NCBI RefSeq assembly: GCF_001194135.2
Contig: NC_068985.1
Location: 81,693,385-81,742,851, forward strand
Reading direction: 5' to 3'
DNA length: 49,467 nucleotides
Source of the DNA: Octopus bimaculoides
Taxonomy: Eukaryota
Under the pieces are notes generated by a model that worked only from the letters and a program-made list of their open reading frames with translations, was not told where the DNA came from and ran no database searches. Position 1 is the first letter of the stretch. Each line of letters starts with the position of its first letter. Positions 1 through 10,453 of this stretch are shown here, one piece after another. A program made the position numbers and the translations under genes.

Positions 1-208
1 TATATATATATATATATATATATATATGAGTATTAAATCTTTGAGATAAAAATTGACTCTCCATAGTGTTAGTATTCTAAGTAGTATTCTATCATTTCTT
101 TAAAGTATTCCTGCCCTTTATAACTGTGTATATATGATACCTCCATTAACTTCTGATCAATTTTTCGCTCATTATTAATATACTTCCCAGCACACTATTA
201 CAAACTCT

Positions 209-222
209 TATACATACATACA

Positions 223-258
<36 letters not shown>

Positions 259-268
259 TACATACATA
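209..268. repeat. (TACA)n/(TA)n microsatellite
   Basis: Direct reading; abuts the mariner end. Confidence 0.95.
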
Positions 269-1170
269 CTGGATTATCCCATAAATAATGTGATTATTTT
301 ACACTTCTAATATTTTTCAAAATTAAGATAAACAAAGTTCTTTTTTAATCTAAAATATACTCTCCTTCATTTTCTACAATGCTCTTCCATCTATCTAGTA
401 GGCTTGCAAAGCCCCTCTTCCAAAATTCACTTGTCTCTGATGAAAAATACTCCTCCAGTGCTGTTCTGACCTCATCTACAGAATTCATATTTTTTCCATC
501 CAAATGATTTTGAAGACTGCAGCATAAATGATAATCAGATGGGAAAATGTCTGGCGAATATGGTGGGTGGGGCTTTGTTTCCTATTAAAAATCCATCATA
601 TAAGTCTCCATCATATAAGGTTCCATCATAAGGCTCCAGCCTTTGTAATATCATCCTCACTGTATGCAGCTGAGCATTATTCTGGTAGAAGAACTCGTTT
701 CATCTCGAAAACAATGATGGCCATTTTTCTTCTAGTACTGACTTGAACTGCTCAAGCTGCTCATAGTAGATCTCCTTTGTTATTGGTTTGGGTTTAAAAG
801 TTCAAAGTGGATTAAATCTTTCATATCCCACCAAGCAGATAACAGCCCCTTTTGTGGGTGAAGACCCTCTTTAGCCTGGGGTGCCATGTGTTTCTCCTTT
901 CCCTATCCACTGTTTTCAGCATATGACATTTTGATAGAGAACCCATTTCTCATCACTAGTCAATATTCGGTCCAAAAAAAAGGTTCATTCATGAAACATG
1001 ACAACAAAGAAGAGCACAAATTCACTTTCTGCATGCAATTAAACTCAGAAAGTTGTGAGCAACCCATTGACCCAATTTACTGACTTTTCTGATAACAATC
1101 AGGTGCTGATGAATGGTTGAATAACCAAATCCAAGCCATCATTCCTAGCCACTTCAAACTTGTTGTTCAA
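269..1170 (-). mobile_element. Decayed mariner (Tc1/mariner DD34D) transposon, central and 3' part
   Basis: Minus-strand translation, with stops and frameshifts, gives QWVAHN (WVPHEL-like), RILTSDEKWVLY, WWDMKDLIHFELL, HPPYSPDIFPSDYHL and RWKSIVE..EGEY. It ends at TA+CTGGATTATCCCATAAATAA (267-288). There is an internal slippage triplication of CCATCATATAAG at ~592-637. Confidence 0.92.
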
Positions 1171-1385
1171 TATTCTTTTCTACTCTAGGCACAAGGCCCG
1201 ATAATTTTTGGGAGGGGCCAGTCAATTAGATCAACACCCGTACACAACTGGTACTTAATTTATCGAGCATGAAAGGATGGAAGGTAAAGTCATCCTTGAC
1301 AGAATTTGAACTCAGAATGTAAAGACAGACAAAATACCACTAAGCATTTTGTGCAGCATGCTAATGTTTCTCCCAGCTCACTGCG
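1171..1385 (-). mobile_element. tRNA-derived SINE family A, tail type 1
   Basis: Head with A-box-like and B-box (GAGTTCAAATTC) motifs, core GATAAATTAAGTACCAGTT, tail GGCCTTGTGCCTAGAGTAGAAAAG. Many copies in the window. Confidence 0.85.
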
Positions 1386-2384
1386 AAATAAAAAAGAAGT
1401 GGAAATTTTACTAGTGAGTGTGTTAAATTATAAGGCACCAAAAGAGAATGACTCTCCCCAGACACAACGGAAACAGCAAATGTTTTGCTGATGCGTGCAA
1501 AGCTTTGTCAAGCTGTCTTTAATTGGTTAAGAGCACACTGTGTTGAATGAAATATAGGTGTGTACAATCATATTTAACATGATTGTATATACTTGGACAT
1601 GGAAAGACAATACACTGCAGAAATCGTCTTGAATGATAAAATTCTCCTTATGTATAATATATGGGGGAGAATACGTCAAAGTAAAGCAGATATGATAACA
1701 GATTTGAATCAAAAGTTGATCTTAGTTATATAGCAGTTGTCTCCATTTGGAGTTCATTCCTCTTGTAAATTGGTTTTGCTTTTTATGTTCTGTCATGATG
1801 TCTATTGACCCTCCTTATACCAGAGGGAAACCCTTGAGTGGTGTTTATTGTTTAATTACCAATGGCCCAACCGTGAAATAGGTCATACTGGTTTACAAGA
1901 TTGTGAGTCATAGCAAATCGTTTCAGAGCTGATCTGACACTAATGCTGCAGTAGAAATTGTATATCACTATGTGACAATATTGGAACTTTTCATGCATAG
2001 AAATATCTGTCAATATATATTTCTGATAGAAATATCAGTCAAATCTTCTTCAACTCACAGCCTACTATCATGGGCACAGGAATAGGGGGTGCAGGAGATG
2101 CAAGCACACCTCCTAAAATTTTTTGGTGGGGTGCAAAATAAAAATCTGCACTCCTACTTACTTTTCTCAGGTTTAGAAAACAGTGCATGAAATGTGATCT
2201 GTAAAATGTAGCGTGAAGTTAAGTTTCTTCTCGAAGAACAAAGAACATAAATATATAAAAAGGAAAATAAGACCTTATTTGCAAAAAATTTTGGACCTGA
2301 CCTTGAATCCACTAAACCAAATTTTGTTCTCAAGTCAGTGCCTGCTATCTTATATAAAGACAAATTATGTAAGGAAATACAGCC

Positions 2385-2480
2385 TTGTATATCCTTAAAA
2401 AGATGCTATGGTCAAAACTGAAATGCCTAAGATTACAAGTCTGCTCATTCAGGGTTGGCCCAGGGCTAAACAGCAACAAG
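2385..2480 (+). repeat. Dispersed repeat family D, 3' fragment
   Basis: ATGGTC...CAGGGCTAAACAGCAACA resembles the copies at 6545-6780 and 9905-10265. Confidence 0.55.
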
Positions 2481-3194
2481 TATCATTATGTAATGCTTAA
2501 TTACAATAGGGATATTGAGTATTAGAGATGTTGACCGTGTAAATAGCGCGGAACTGCTGGGAAGAGGAAGAGGTATGAACAACTGACCCTACACCTTCTT
2601 CCTCTCTCAGCATGTTTGCCTGTTACTCTGCCTACAACCATCTGCAGCTCTCATTTTGGAAATGCATTAATCATTATTCAGAGTGATTTAATTTGCTGCA
2701 GTTGTGCATACTGCTGAGCCTGTTGCATTTCTGTTGCAGCATTCAAATTATCTTTGATGCTTTGAGGCAGGAATTAAGATAATGAGATTTAATGCTTGGA
2801 TACATTGCCTGTTAAGGTTATTGCCATAGATAAGACTCTGGATAAGGAAATTGCACTCAATGATTGGCATTAAGGGATTAAAGTTCACCACATGTTCACC
2901 ACATGTTCAACACATGCAAATAACTGTTTGCACACATATACAAATACTGATTTCTTGCGCAACAACAACAGCGATAATAATAACAATAGTATTAATAACA
3001 AAAACAATGATAACAATAGTAATAATGATTATAATAATGACTTGGCATTTTTATATGACATTTTTTAACCTTGAACAGTTTTCTTAACCTTGAATGATTT
3101 TATTAACCTTGAACACCTTGTCTTCTTGCTTTAAGAAAAGAAATGCTTGGTCTATTTTTGGAACTATTAATAATGAAGGTAATAATCCTTTCTT

Positions 3195-3424
3195 ATTTCT
3201 TTATTTCCCACAAGGGGCTAAACACAGAGAGGACAAACAAAGACAGACAAAGGGATTAAGTCGATTACATCGACCCAGTGCGTAACTGGTACTTAATTTA
3301 TCGACCCCAAAAGGATGAAAGGCAAAGTTGACCTCGACGGAATTTGAACTCAGAACGTAACGCCAGACGAAATACTGCTATACATTTCACCCCAGCATGC
3401 TGACATTTCTGCCAGCTCACTGCC

Positions 3425-3425
<1 letters not shown>
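3195..3425 (-). mobile_element. SINE A, tail type 2, nested in the tail of a type-1 copy
   Basis: Same head and core as family A, with tail TTTGTCTGTCTTTGTTTGTCC...CCCCTTGTGGGGAAATAAAGAAAT. Flanked by the direct repeat TAATAATCCTTTCTT (3180-3194, 3468-3482). Confidence 0.88.
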
Positions 3426-3467
<42 letters not shown>

Positions 3468-3474
<7 letters not shown>

Positions 3475-3685
3475 CCTTTCTTCCAGAGGCACAAGGCCTG
3501 AAATTTGAGGGGAGGAGACTAGTTGATTATATTAACCCCAGTGTTTCACTGGTACTCTATTTATCGACCTCTTAAGGATGAAAGGTAAAGTTGACCTCAG
3601 TGGAATTTGAACTCAGAATGTAGTGGCAGATGAAGTACCACTAAGCATTTCATCTGGCACACTAACAATTGTGGCAGCTCACCAC
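3468..3685 (-). mobile_element. SINE A, tail type 1
   Basis: Family A core and tail; the tail runs into (TAA)n at 3426-3470. Confidence 0.85.
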
Positions 3686-3686
3686 T

Positions 3687-3692
3687 TCAATA

Positions 3693-3766
<74 letters not shown>

Positions 3767-3767
3767 C

Positions 3768-3809
<42 letters not shown>

Positions 3810-3870
3810 GTAATCCTTTTGACTATCGGCACAAAGCCTGAAATTTTCATGAGGAGGGGACTAGTCAATT
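3687..3870 (-). repeat. (AAT)n array plus SINE A type-1 tail fragment
   Basis: About 125 bp of AAT repeats, directly continuous with CCTTTTGACTATCGGCACAAAGCCTGAAATTT. Confidence 0.85.
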
Positions 3871-3989
3871 GGTTCTTTTCTCTAAATTATATATTTATAT
3901 ATTTTATACTGTGAAACTTAATTTAATTTTAATTATTGATAAATTGAATTTAATTGAGTTTTTACCTGTAAATTTAAATTTTTATCCCT

Positions 3990-4007
3990 AATATTATTAT
4001 TATTATT

Positions 4008-4096
<89 letters not shown>

Positions 4097-4190
4097 GATA
4101 GATAGACAGACAGATAGATAGATAGATAGATACATACATACATACATACATACATACATACATACATGCATGCATGCATACATACATATA
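3990..4190. repeat. Compound microsatellite (ATT)n-(TA)n-(TAGA)n-(TACA)n
   Basis: Direct reading. Confidence 0.95.
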
Positions 4191-6210
4191 TAAAATATAG
4201 GGTAGCAAATTTTTAGAAATTTCACAACCAGCGGCCTAGAATGTATAAAAAGTCAATGGACAACATATTCTCCATATAAAATTAGTGTATATATTTATAT
4301 ATATTCATTATTTATACAATATATCTACATACTGTCTCTAAAGAAAATGTATATATGAAAAATAAACAACAGCATAATATTTTGAAAATGGTAGCTAGCA
4401 TATTCTGTCACAAAAGTGTCACTAAAAGTCTCCTTGTTTTGCAGAACCTTAGAATTTTGATCACTGAACACACTTTGAAGAACACTTCCTTAGAGGAGTA
4501 GACCACTTCACAGCTAATTAGCTCAGTAACTGACACTGGACAGTATTGTACAATACGATGGTAGGTAACAGAATGTGTGTATGACCAACTATTGTTGGGA
4601 GTAGCCCTGCAAATCTATTGAATCAAACTTCATACAGTTGTTTTCCATTCCAATAAATTCTCACTCAATATGAAATTTATCAACATTATTAAATAAAAAA
4701 AAAAACATTCTAATGAAACAAGAAGAACTGTAATAAAGAAGAAAATTAAGAATAAATGAAAAAAAAAGAGCTGTAAAATGAATATCTTTATATGTCCATT
4801 GAGATAAAACAACTTGAAGAAGATAATTTTATCGTCAGACAATAGTGGCTATTTCTAAATAGAGTTGTTCTGAAATTACCTTTACTTTGAAGAAAAAGAA
4901 GAAGAAAAAAAAAGGTGGGAAGAGGAATGACAGATTAAAAGAAAATATTGAAAATAAGATTAAGAAGAATAAGAAACATTTCAGTTCCATTTTTAAACTC
5001 CCGTAGAAACAATGAAAATCAAATCAAGTTAAAGAACGATTCTCAGAGAAGTTCTTTAGAATTTGTCTTCCTATTCTAGTATTTTAAATAATTCATGACT
5101 CTAAATTCTCACATAGACACACACACATGAATATATACACACACACACACACACGGACACATCATGCACAGATACACACACACATACACATGGGCACACA
5201 CATGTGTGCGCACAAATCAAATTCACCATAAACTGCTGCAGAATTTGCATGATTCTTTGCAAAATCATGACAGACATACCAATTGACTAACATTAATTTC
5301 ATGTTTTTGTTTTTGATAATTTTTTTTAAAATACACAAGATCACTTTTATTTTAATTAGTTCTTTAAATGATTTGAATCCTTATCATCCAGACCATACTG
5401 GAGCACCAATCATTTTTTTGTATTAACACTGTCAAGTCAGCAGTTCCTGTCTCATTAATGGTACTGTTATCAGCACTGTGAATATATGACCAACAGGCTT
5501 TATCAACCCGACCATACTGGAGTACCATTCTTTATTGTTTCTGTTTTGTTTTTTTTTCTTTTTAAAGATCACCAAATGTGTTAAGGAAGTTGGTTGGCGG
5601 AGTTGTTGGAGCTTTGGATAAAATGTGTTGCAATACCTGTTCCAGCATTTTGTATTCTGAATTCAAATCCTGCCAAGATTAACTTCACCTTTCATCATTT
5701 TGGCATCAATTAAGTAACATTCAGAAGTGGTAGGGTGGAAAAACTGTTAGATTATAGGAGGAGGGGCATCAAAGTATCCATTGCAGCACTTTGCATTCTA
5801 AATTGAAATTCTATCAAGAAATTAAAACCTGGCTGATGGCTAGAACCAATCATCCAATCACAGGACCACAATTGATTATGAAAGCTACAATGAATAATGT
5901 GGGGTTGCAACTGCTTGCTACTGCAGTCAAATGGTGAGTGTACTAGTGCAGCATAACCTCATAGATCTCCATTTGTCTGTCCATAACGACATCTGTGTAG
6001 AGAGAGGGAAGAAGGGGAGGAGAAAAAGTTGTTGTTGAGAGAGAAATACAGTGAGAGGGAGAGGACGGGTGTGTGTGAATAATAGATAAATAGGTAGTGT
6101 TGTCACCTTATTAACTAACAAGTTTTGATTAGAAAAACAGGAATTTTTATGTGCAAGTCAGTCTACACAACAGTACAGACTTAAAAAAACGATATATAAA
6201 TATATATATA

Positions 6211-6250
<40 letters not shown>

Positions 6251-6265
6251 TCATATAGTTTTTGT

Positions 6266-6302
<37 letters not shown>

Positions 6303-6544
6303 ATGTTTCTGTATGTCTTTCAAGACATAGACAACAGAATACAGACTTAAAGACTTGCACTTACAAATATTTATGAAGGAACCTGCATGATTGATAAATA
6401 TTTTTACTGGCAGTGTTGCGACAGGTAACAAACTAGTATGGTATAGTATCTAGAGTAGTTCCTTTCTTTTCTTATTTCAAAGGGTGGTGAGTGGATATAA
6501 ATAAATCCACCACCACCACCATTACCAGCATTATTGTCAATTCA

Positions 6545-6780
6545 GATGAACCAGATTTTGTAATAAGCTACTGATATTTCACTTTGATTACTCAACCTGC
6601 TAGAAGTAGTAGCCAAATCTCCCTCAGATATTATAGTCAACCATCTTGAAAAACGTAAGGACACATTTAGTAATGTACTTTTAGAAGCTTTTAAAAAGAC
6701 ATGATGGTCATGGTTAGAATGTCATTGATCAAATCAGGTATGATCAAACCTGACTTGTGGTTAAATAACAACAACAGTGT
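6545..6780 (+). repeat. Dispersed repeat family D
   Basis: AGCCAAATCTCCCTCA...GATGGTCATGGTTAGAATG...TAAATAACAACAAC. Homologous copies at ~7640-7800 (+), 9905-10100 (-) and 10150-10265 (-). Confidence 0.7.
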
Positions 6781-6833
6781 TTTTAATTTTGTACCTTTAC
6801 ATTTTACGTTTCAGTCCTATCAACACAAAATGG

Positions 6834-7244
6834 CAGGGCTGGATTAAGGCCCATAAAGACCCTAAGCATTTAGAAGGCTTTAGTGACCTCAGGTATACAT
6901 AAATTGTTCAAAATGTAAACAATAGTAAAACAAAAAAAATTTTAATTTTTCAAAATGAAATAAAATTAACAGTTAGATGGAAAATAATGTTTACTTTTGT
7001 ATGCTGCCATTTTATATTTGAAAAGTTTTCTCCTTTGTCTTTTTTTTTTTATTTGCAAAGTCTTCGATATTATCGTTAAAATTGCTTTTACGTAAAACTT
7101 CTGCTTCTATATTTAGTAGAATATCATCTTAACAAATTTAAAGTGATTTCTTTCATGCTGTAATCAATTTTCATTTCTCTGGTTCCCCTGTTCTTTGATG
7201 TCCTTAGCACATGCTTATTTTGCTTAATGGTTAATCCAGCACTG
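6834..7244. mobile_element. MITE with 14-bp terminal inverted repeats (hAT-like termini)
   Basis: Left CAGGGCTGGATTAA (6834-6847), right TTAATCCAGCACTG (7231-7244), one mismatch. AT-rich non-coding interior. No 8-bp TSD visible. Confidence 0.7.
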
Positions 7245-7344
7245 CTGATAGGGAGCCAATAAAATAGGTACCGGTTATATACTGAGGTAAAATTCATTTA
7301 ATTATAATCGTTGTGATTTCACAAGTTTTACCTTGTATATTAAT

Positions 7345-7545
7345 TTCAAATTTTGGCACAATCCCAGAGAGTAAGTCAATTACATTTGACTCTAGTGTTC
7401 AGTTGGTACTTATCTTAATAACCCTGAAAGGAAGAGAGGTACAATTGAACTCAGTATGGTTTGAACTCAGAATGTGAAGACAGACAAAATACCACTAAGT
7501 ACTTTATCTAGTGTGCTAACGACTCTGCCAGCTCACCACCTTATA
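7345..7545 (-). mobile_element. SINE A (diverged)
   Basis: TTTGAACTCAGAATGTGAAGACAGACAAAATACCACTAAG...GCCAGCTCACC. Confidence 0.8.
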
Positions 7546-8462
7546 ATGAAATTGAAATCAATTATAATAAAATGAAATTGATAATGAAATTGAAATCATC
7601 AATTCTATTTATAGATTTGATATTTTAAAGACTCAAGGCAACCTGTTTAAAAATAGCAGCCAATCCTCCCTCATCACACTCTACTGTCTTAAAACAGATA
7701 TAAGGAATACATAGGGTACTCTTGACTACGATACACCATGCTGGTATGGTCACACTTTTGATCAGAAGTTCGTTTGAGCAGGATCGACTTAGATGTAAGC
7801 AAAAATCAACAAGCAACTGTAGAGTCAGGATTTTTGAATATGAGACATTTTGGTGTTGCTGATTCAGCACTGACTTTTTTGCCATCAAACAGTTTGATGT
7901 GTCTCTTGTTCTCTTCGTCCTCTGTTTCTCCCCACCCCCTTACTTCCCCCCCACTCTTTCTGTTTATATGTAATATGTATGAACATATTTCTCTTTATGT
8001 GTATGAGGAAAGAGAAAGCGTTTATGTCAGTTGTGTTAAGTTAATAACTTGTATAGCTTCTCTCTCTCTCCCTCTTCCCCCTCTATCTTCTTCTCTCTCC
8101 CTCTCTCCCCCCTCTCCTCCCTCACCCTTTCTATCTGTATGTGTATATTTCTACAAGTGCACACTTATATCTGTGTGTGTGTGTGTGTGCATGTTTGTGT
8201 GTGTGAGTGTGTGTTTAGCTCCAGTACTAAAATGTACTGTCTACAAAAGAAGGCTGGCTATCCAGTCAGTCATGCCAAATCATCAGCATCCAACCAACTA
8301 CACCCAATCATCTCATTCTTGGTATTTTTATATTTCAAAGGGGTAGCTAGCCTGTGGGAGCCTACATTCAAGCCTTTCAGTTTCAAAGTGTCAGATGCTT
8401 TACAAGAAGTTTGCATCCTCATCAGCATCATCTTCATCATCATCCTTATCATCATCATCATC

Positions 8463-8494
<32 letters not shown>

Positions 8495-8513
8495 CCGTAC
8501 ATTCGCCTATATT

Positions 8514-8900
8514 TATACACTAAAACTACCCTCGCTTTAAACACACACATGCTCACCCACATACTCGCCAAAAACTATACATATATGTACATATACATAT
8601 ACACGAACCTACAGACTTCTCTACTCCCTCACCTTTACCGCACTTAGCGGTCTATTAGCTCTTTTGTCTTAATGACGGTCACCACACAGTAATTCCCCTT
8701 TGTTTAATGGTCATTTTTCACAGGAATTCTCAATGGCTGGATAACTGAAGAGATGTTGGCATGGACTCACACCCCAGCATCCGAAATTCGGAGTTTTATC
8801 ATGGCTACCGAATAAGTATCACATATTTTTACAGATAAATTCCTCTATTTACATAGTATCGAGGTCTCTTTCTTTCTTTTGTTGTCCTTCCTATCAATAT
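8514..8900 (+). mobile_element. Probable Penelope-like pseudo-LTR remnant
   Basis: Non-coding unit between microsatellites that carries a minimal hammerhead motif (8740-8800). The assignment is inferred from the ribozyme. Confidence 0.5.
8740..8800 (+). ncRNA. Minimal type I hammerhead ribozyme motif
   Basis: GATAA-CTGAAGA-GATGTTGG(loop)CCAGCATC-C-GAAA-TTCGGAG-TT-TTATC: 5-bp stem I, intact core, 8-bp stem II with one extra C, near-palindromic stem III. Confidence 0.75.
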
Positions 8901-8915
8901 ATATANNNNNNNNNN

Positions 8916-9146
8916 AGGTTGAAGAATTTTATGGATAGAGTCTTACAGCTGTTTCTGGGAAGATCCAGTACTTCCCTTCATCGGAGACAGAAAAAATAAA
9001 GTTATCTATTATTATATCCATATGCGGATATTTTTAGGTGGATATTTTTATCTATAGGCGGATGGCAAACTAATCGGTATACAGCACTTACTCGGTATTA
9101 CCTGTATCTTCCGGGGTTTGGTTAAATCCAATACCCTCCTCAACCT
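8916..9146 (-). mobile_element. 231-bp element with imperfect inverted ends carrying a hammerhead (PLE-derived)
   Basis: Left AGGTTGAAGA (8916-8925); reverse complement of the right end AGGTTGAGGA (9137-9146). Sits in (TA)n. The left edge abuts a 10-N gap. Confidence 0.55.
8940..8988 (-). ncRNA. Minimal type I hammerhead ribozyme motif (core U4>C)
   Basis: Minus strand GTCT-CCGATGA-A-GGGAAG(TACTGGAT)CTTCCC-A-GAAA-CAGCTG-TA-AGAC; palindromic stem III CAGCTG. Confidence 0.72.
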
Positions 9147-9183
<37 letters not shown>

Positions 9184-9269
9184 ATGTATGTATACAAATA
9201 TATATTTATATTTATACACACACACACTCACATATATATGTGTCTATATGTGTGTGTGTGTGTGTGTGT

Positions 9270-9425
9270 GCAACAGACTTCATTCAGTTCCCGTCTATCC
9301 GATCAGTTCATAAGGCTTTGGTCGACTCAGGTTTATAGTAGAGACTCTTGCACAAGGTGTCGTGCAGTAGGACTGAACCAGAAACCAATCCATTAGGAAG
9401 TGAACTTTCTAACAACATAACCTAC
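9270..9425 (-). mobile_element. SINE family B, 5' half (diverged)
   Basis: Reverse complement of the family B head and core (GGTTCAGTCCTACTGCACGACACCTTGTGCAAG...). Confidence 0.7.
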
Positions 9426-9904
9426 ATCTAAATGGAAGATAAAAATATCTTGCACTATTTATTTCTACCCCCCATCTTTTTCAGTTCAATCCTGCTGTAG
9501 ATAGCATTATCTGTCATACTTTTGGGGTCAATAAAATAAAGTACCAATAACAGATGATGGCTTTGTAGAATTGTTAGAAAGTTGGCAGAGATATCTTGTG
9601 GTATTTGTTCCATCCCTTTCTTTCCTGAGTTCTTGGCTGACAGACAATACCTAGTGCCCAGATAATACTGCTGCTTGCTCCCTAGTGCTTTTTAGTGGAG
9701 TTAATTCTATTACAAGAATTCAGGCAAGGTCATAGAGGATAACTTTTCCCCTTAATCCTGCTAGTGTTGGAGTTCTTTGAGGATGACTTCCTCTAACCCA
9801 GGTCAGAGGGTCCGAGAAATAAAGGGTCATGAACACTACCATTTTCTCTTTATTTAAACGGTAAAAATGCAATGTAGTGAAGAAATACTTCATAATGTAG
9901 CGTG

Positions 9905-10265
9905 TTGTTATTGTTTGACTACAAGTCAGCCATAATGTAGAAGACTTATGATCAAAGGCATTCCAGCTATGACCATCCAATAGTTTTTCCTATTTGCTGA
10001 GAACATAGATCTACATTAACAAACATGTCTTTTTCTAAATGGTAAAGTGTAATATGAGAAAGATTTGGTGGCTATTTCTAGCAAGTCAAGCAACCGCGAA
10101 GAGGCTTTTGTTGAGTCAAAAGTTGTACAATGAAGAAGTATAGCATAATTGTTGTTGCTTAGCCATAGGTTAACATTTACTCAGCAGACCTATGATGAAA
10201 AGAATTCCAGTTGTGACCATCTCACACAGGATATCATTATGTTATCTAATATCTCTTTTATGTTG
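9905..10265 (-). repeat. Two copies of repeat family D
   Basis: GATCAAAGGCATTCCAGCTATGACCATC and GAATTCCAGTTGTGACCATC are reverse complements of the family D core. Confidence 0.65.
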
Positions 10266-10453
10266 TTGTTTATTACTCATTTAACTAATGATAAAGGAGT
10301 GGAATTGAACCAGTGCATGTGTTAATGATATTGGCAAAATGACTCTCCCTAGACACACCAAAATTTGTTTCAACACACAAATTCACATAAAGAATCTTGC
10401 AAACCAGATACAAAAATGAAATAAATCTAATATCGCCTTTCCTATGTTTTAGA

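Noticed and set aside
2069-2343. MITE-like segment (also 36130-36320)
   Set aside because: The putative termini do not match each other well enough.
4445-4560. Plus-strand exon candidate (TTTTGCAG| ... ATG|GTAGGT)
   Set aside because: Stops in all three frames and no other support.
7774-8346. 190-aa ORF
   Set aside because: Built from a family D repeat end plus CT and GT microsatellites.
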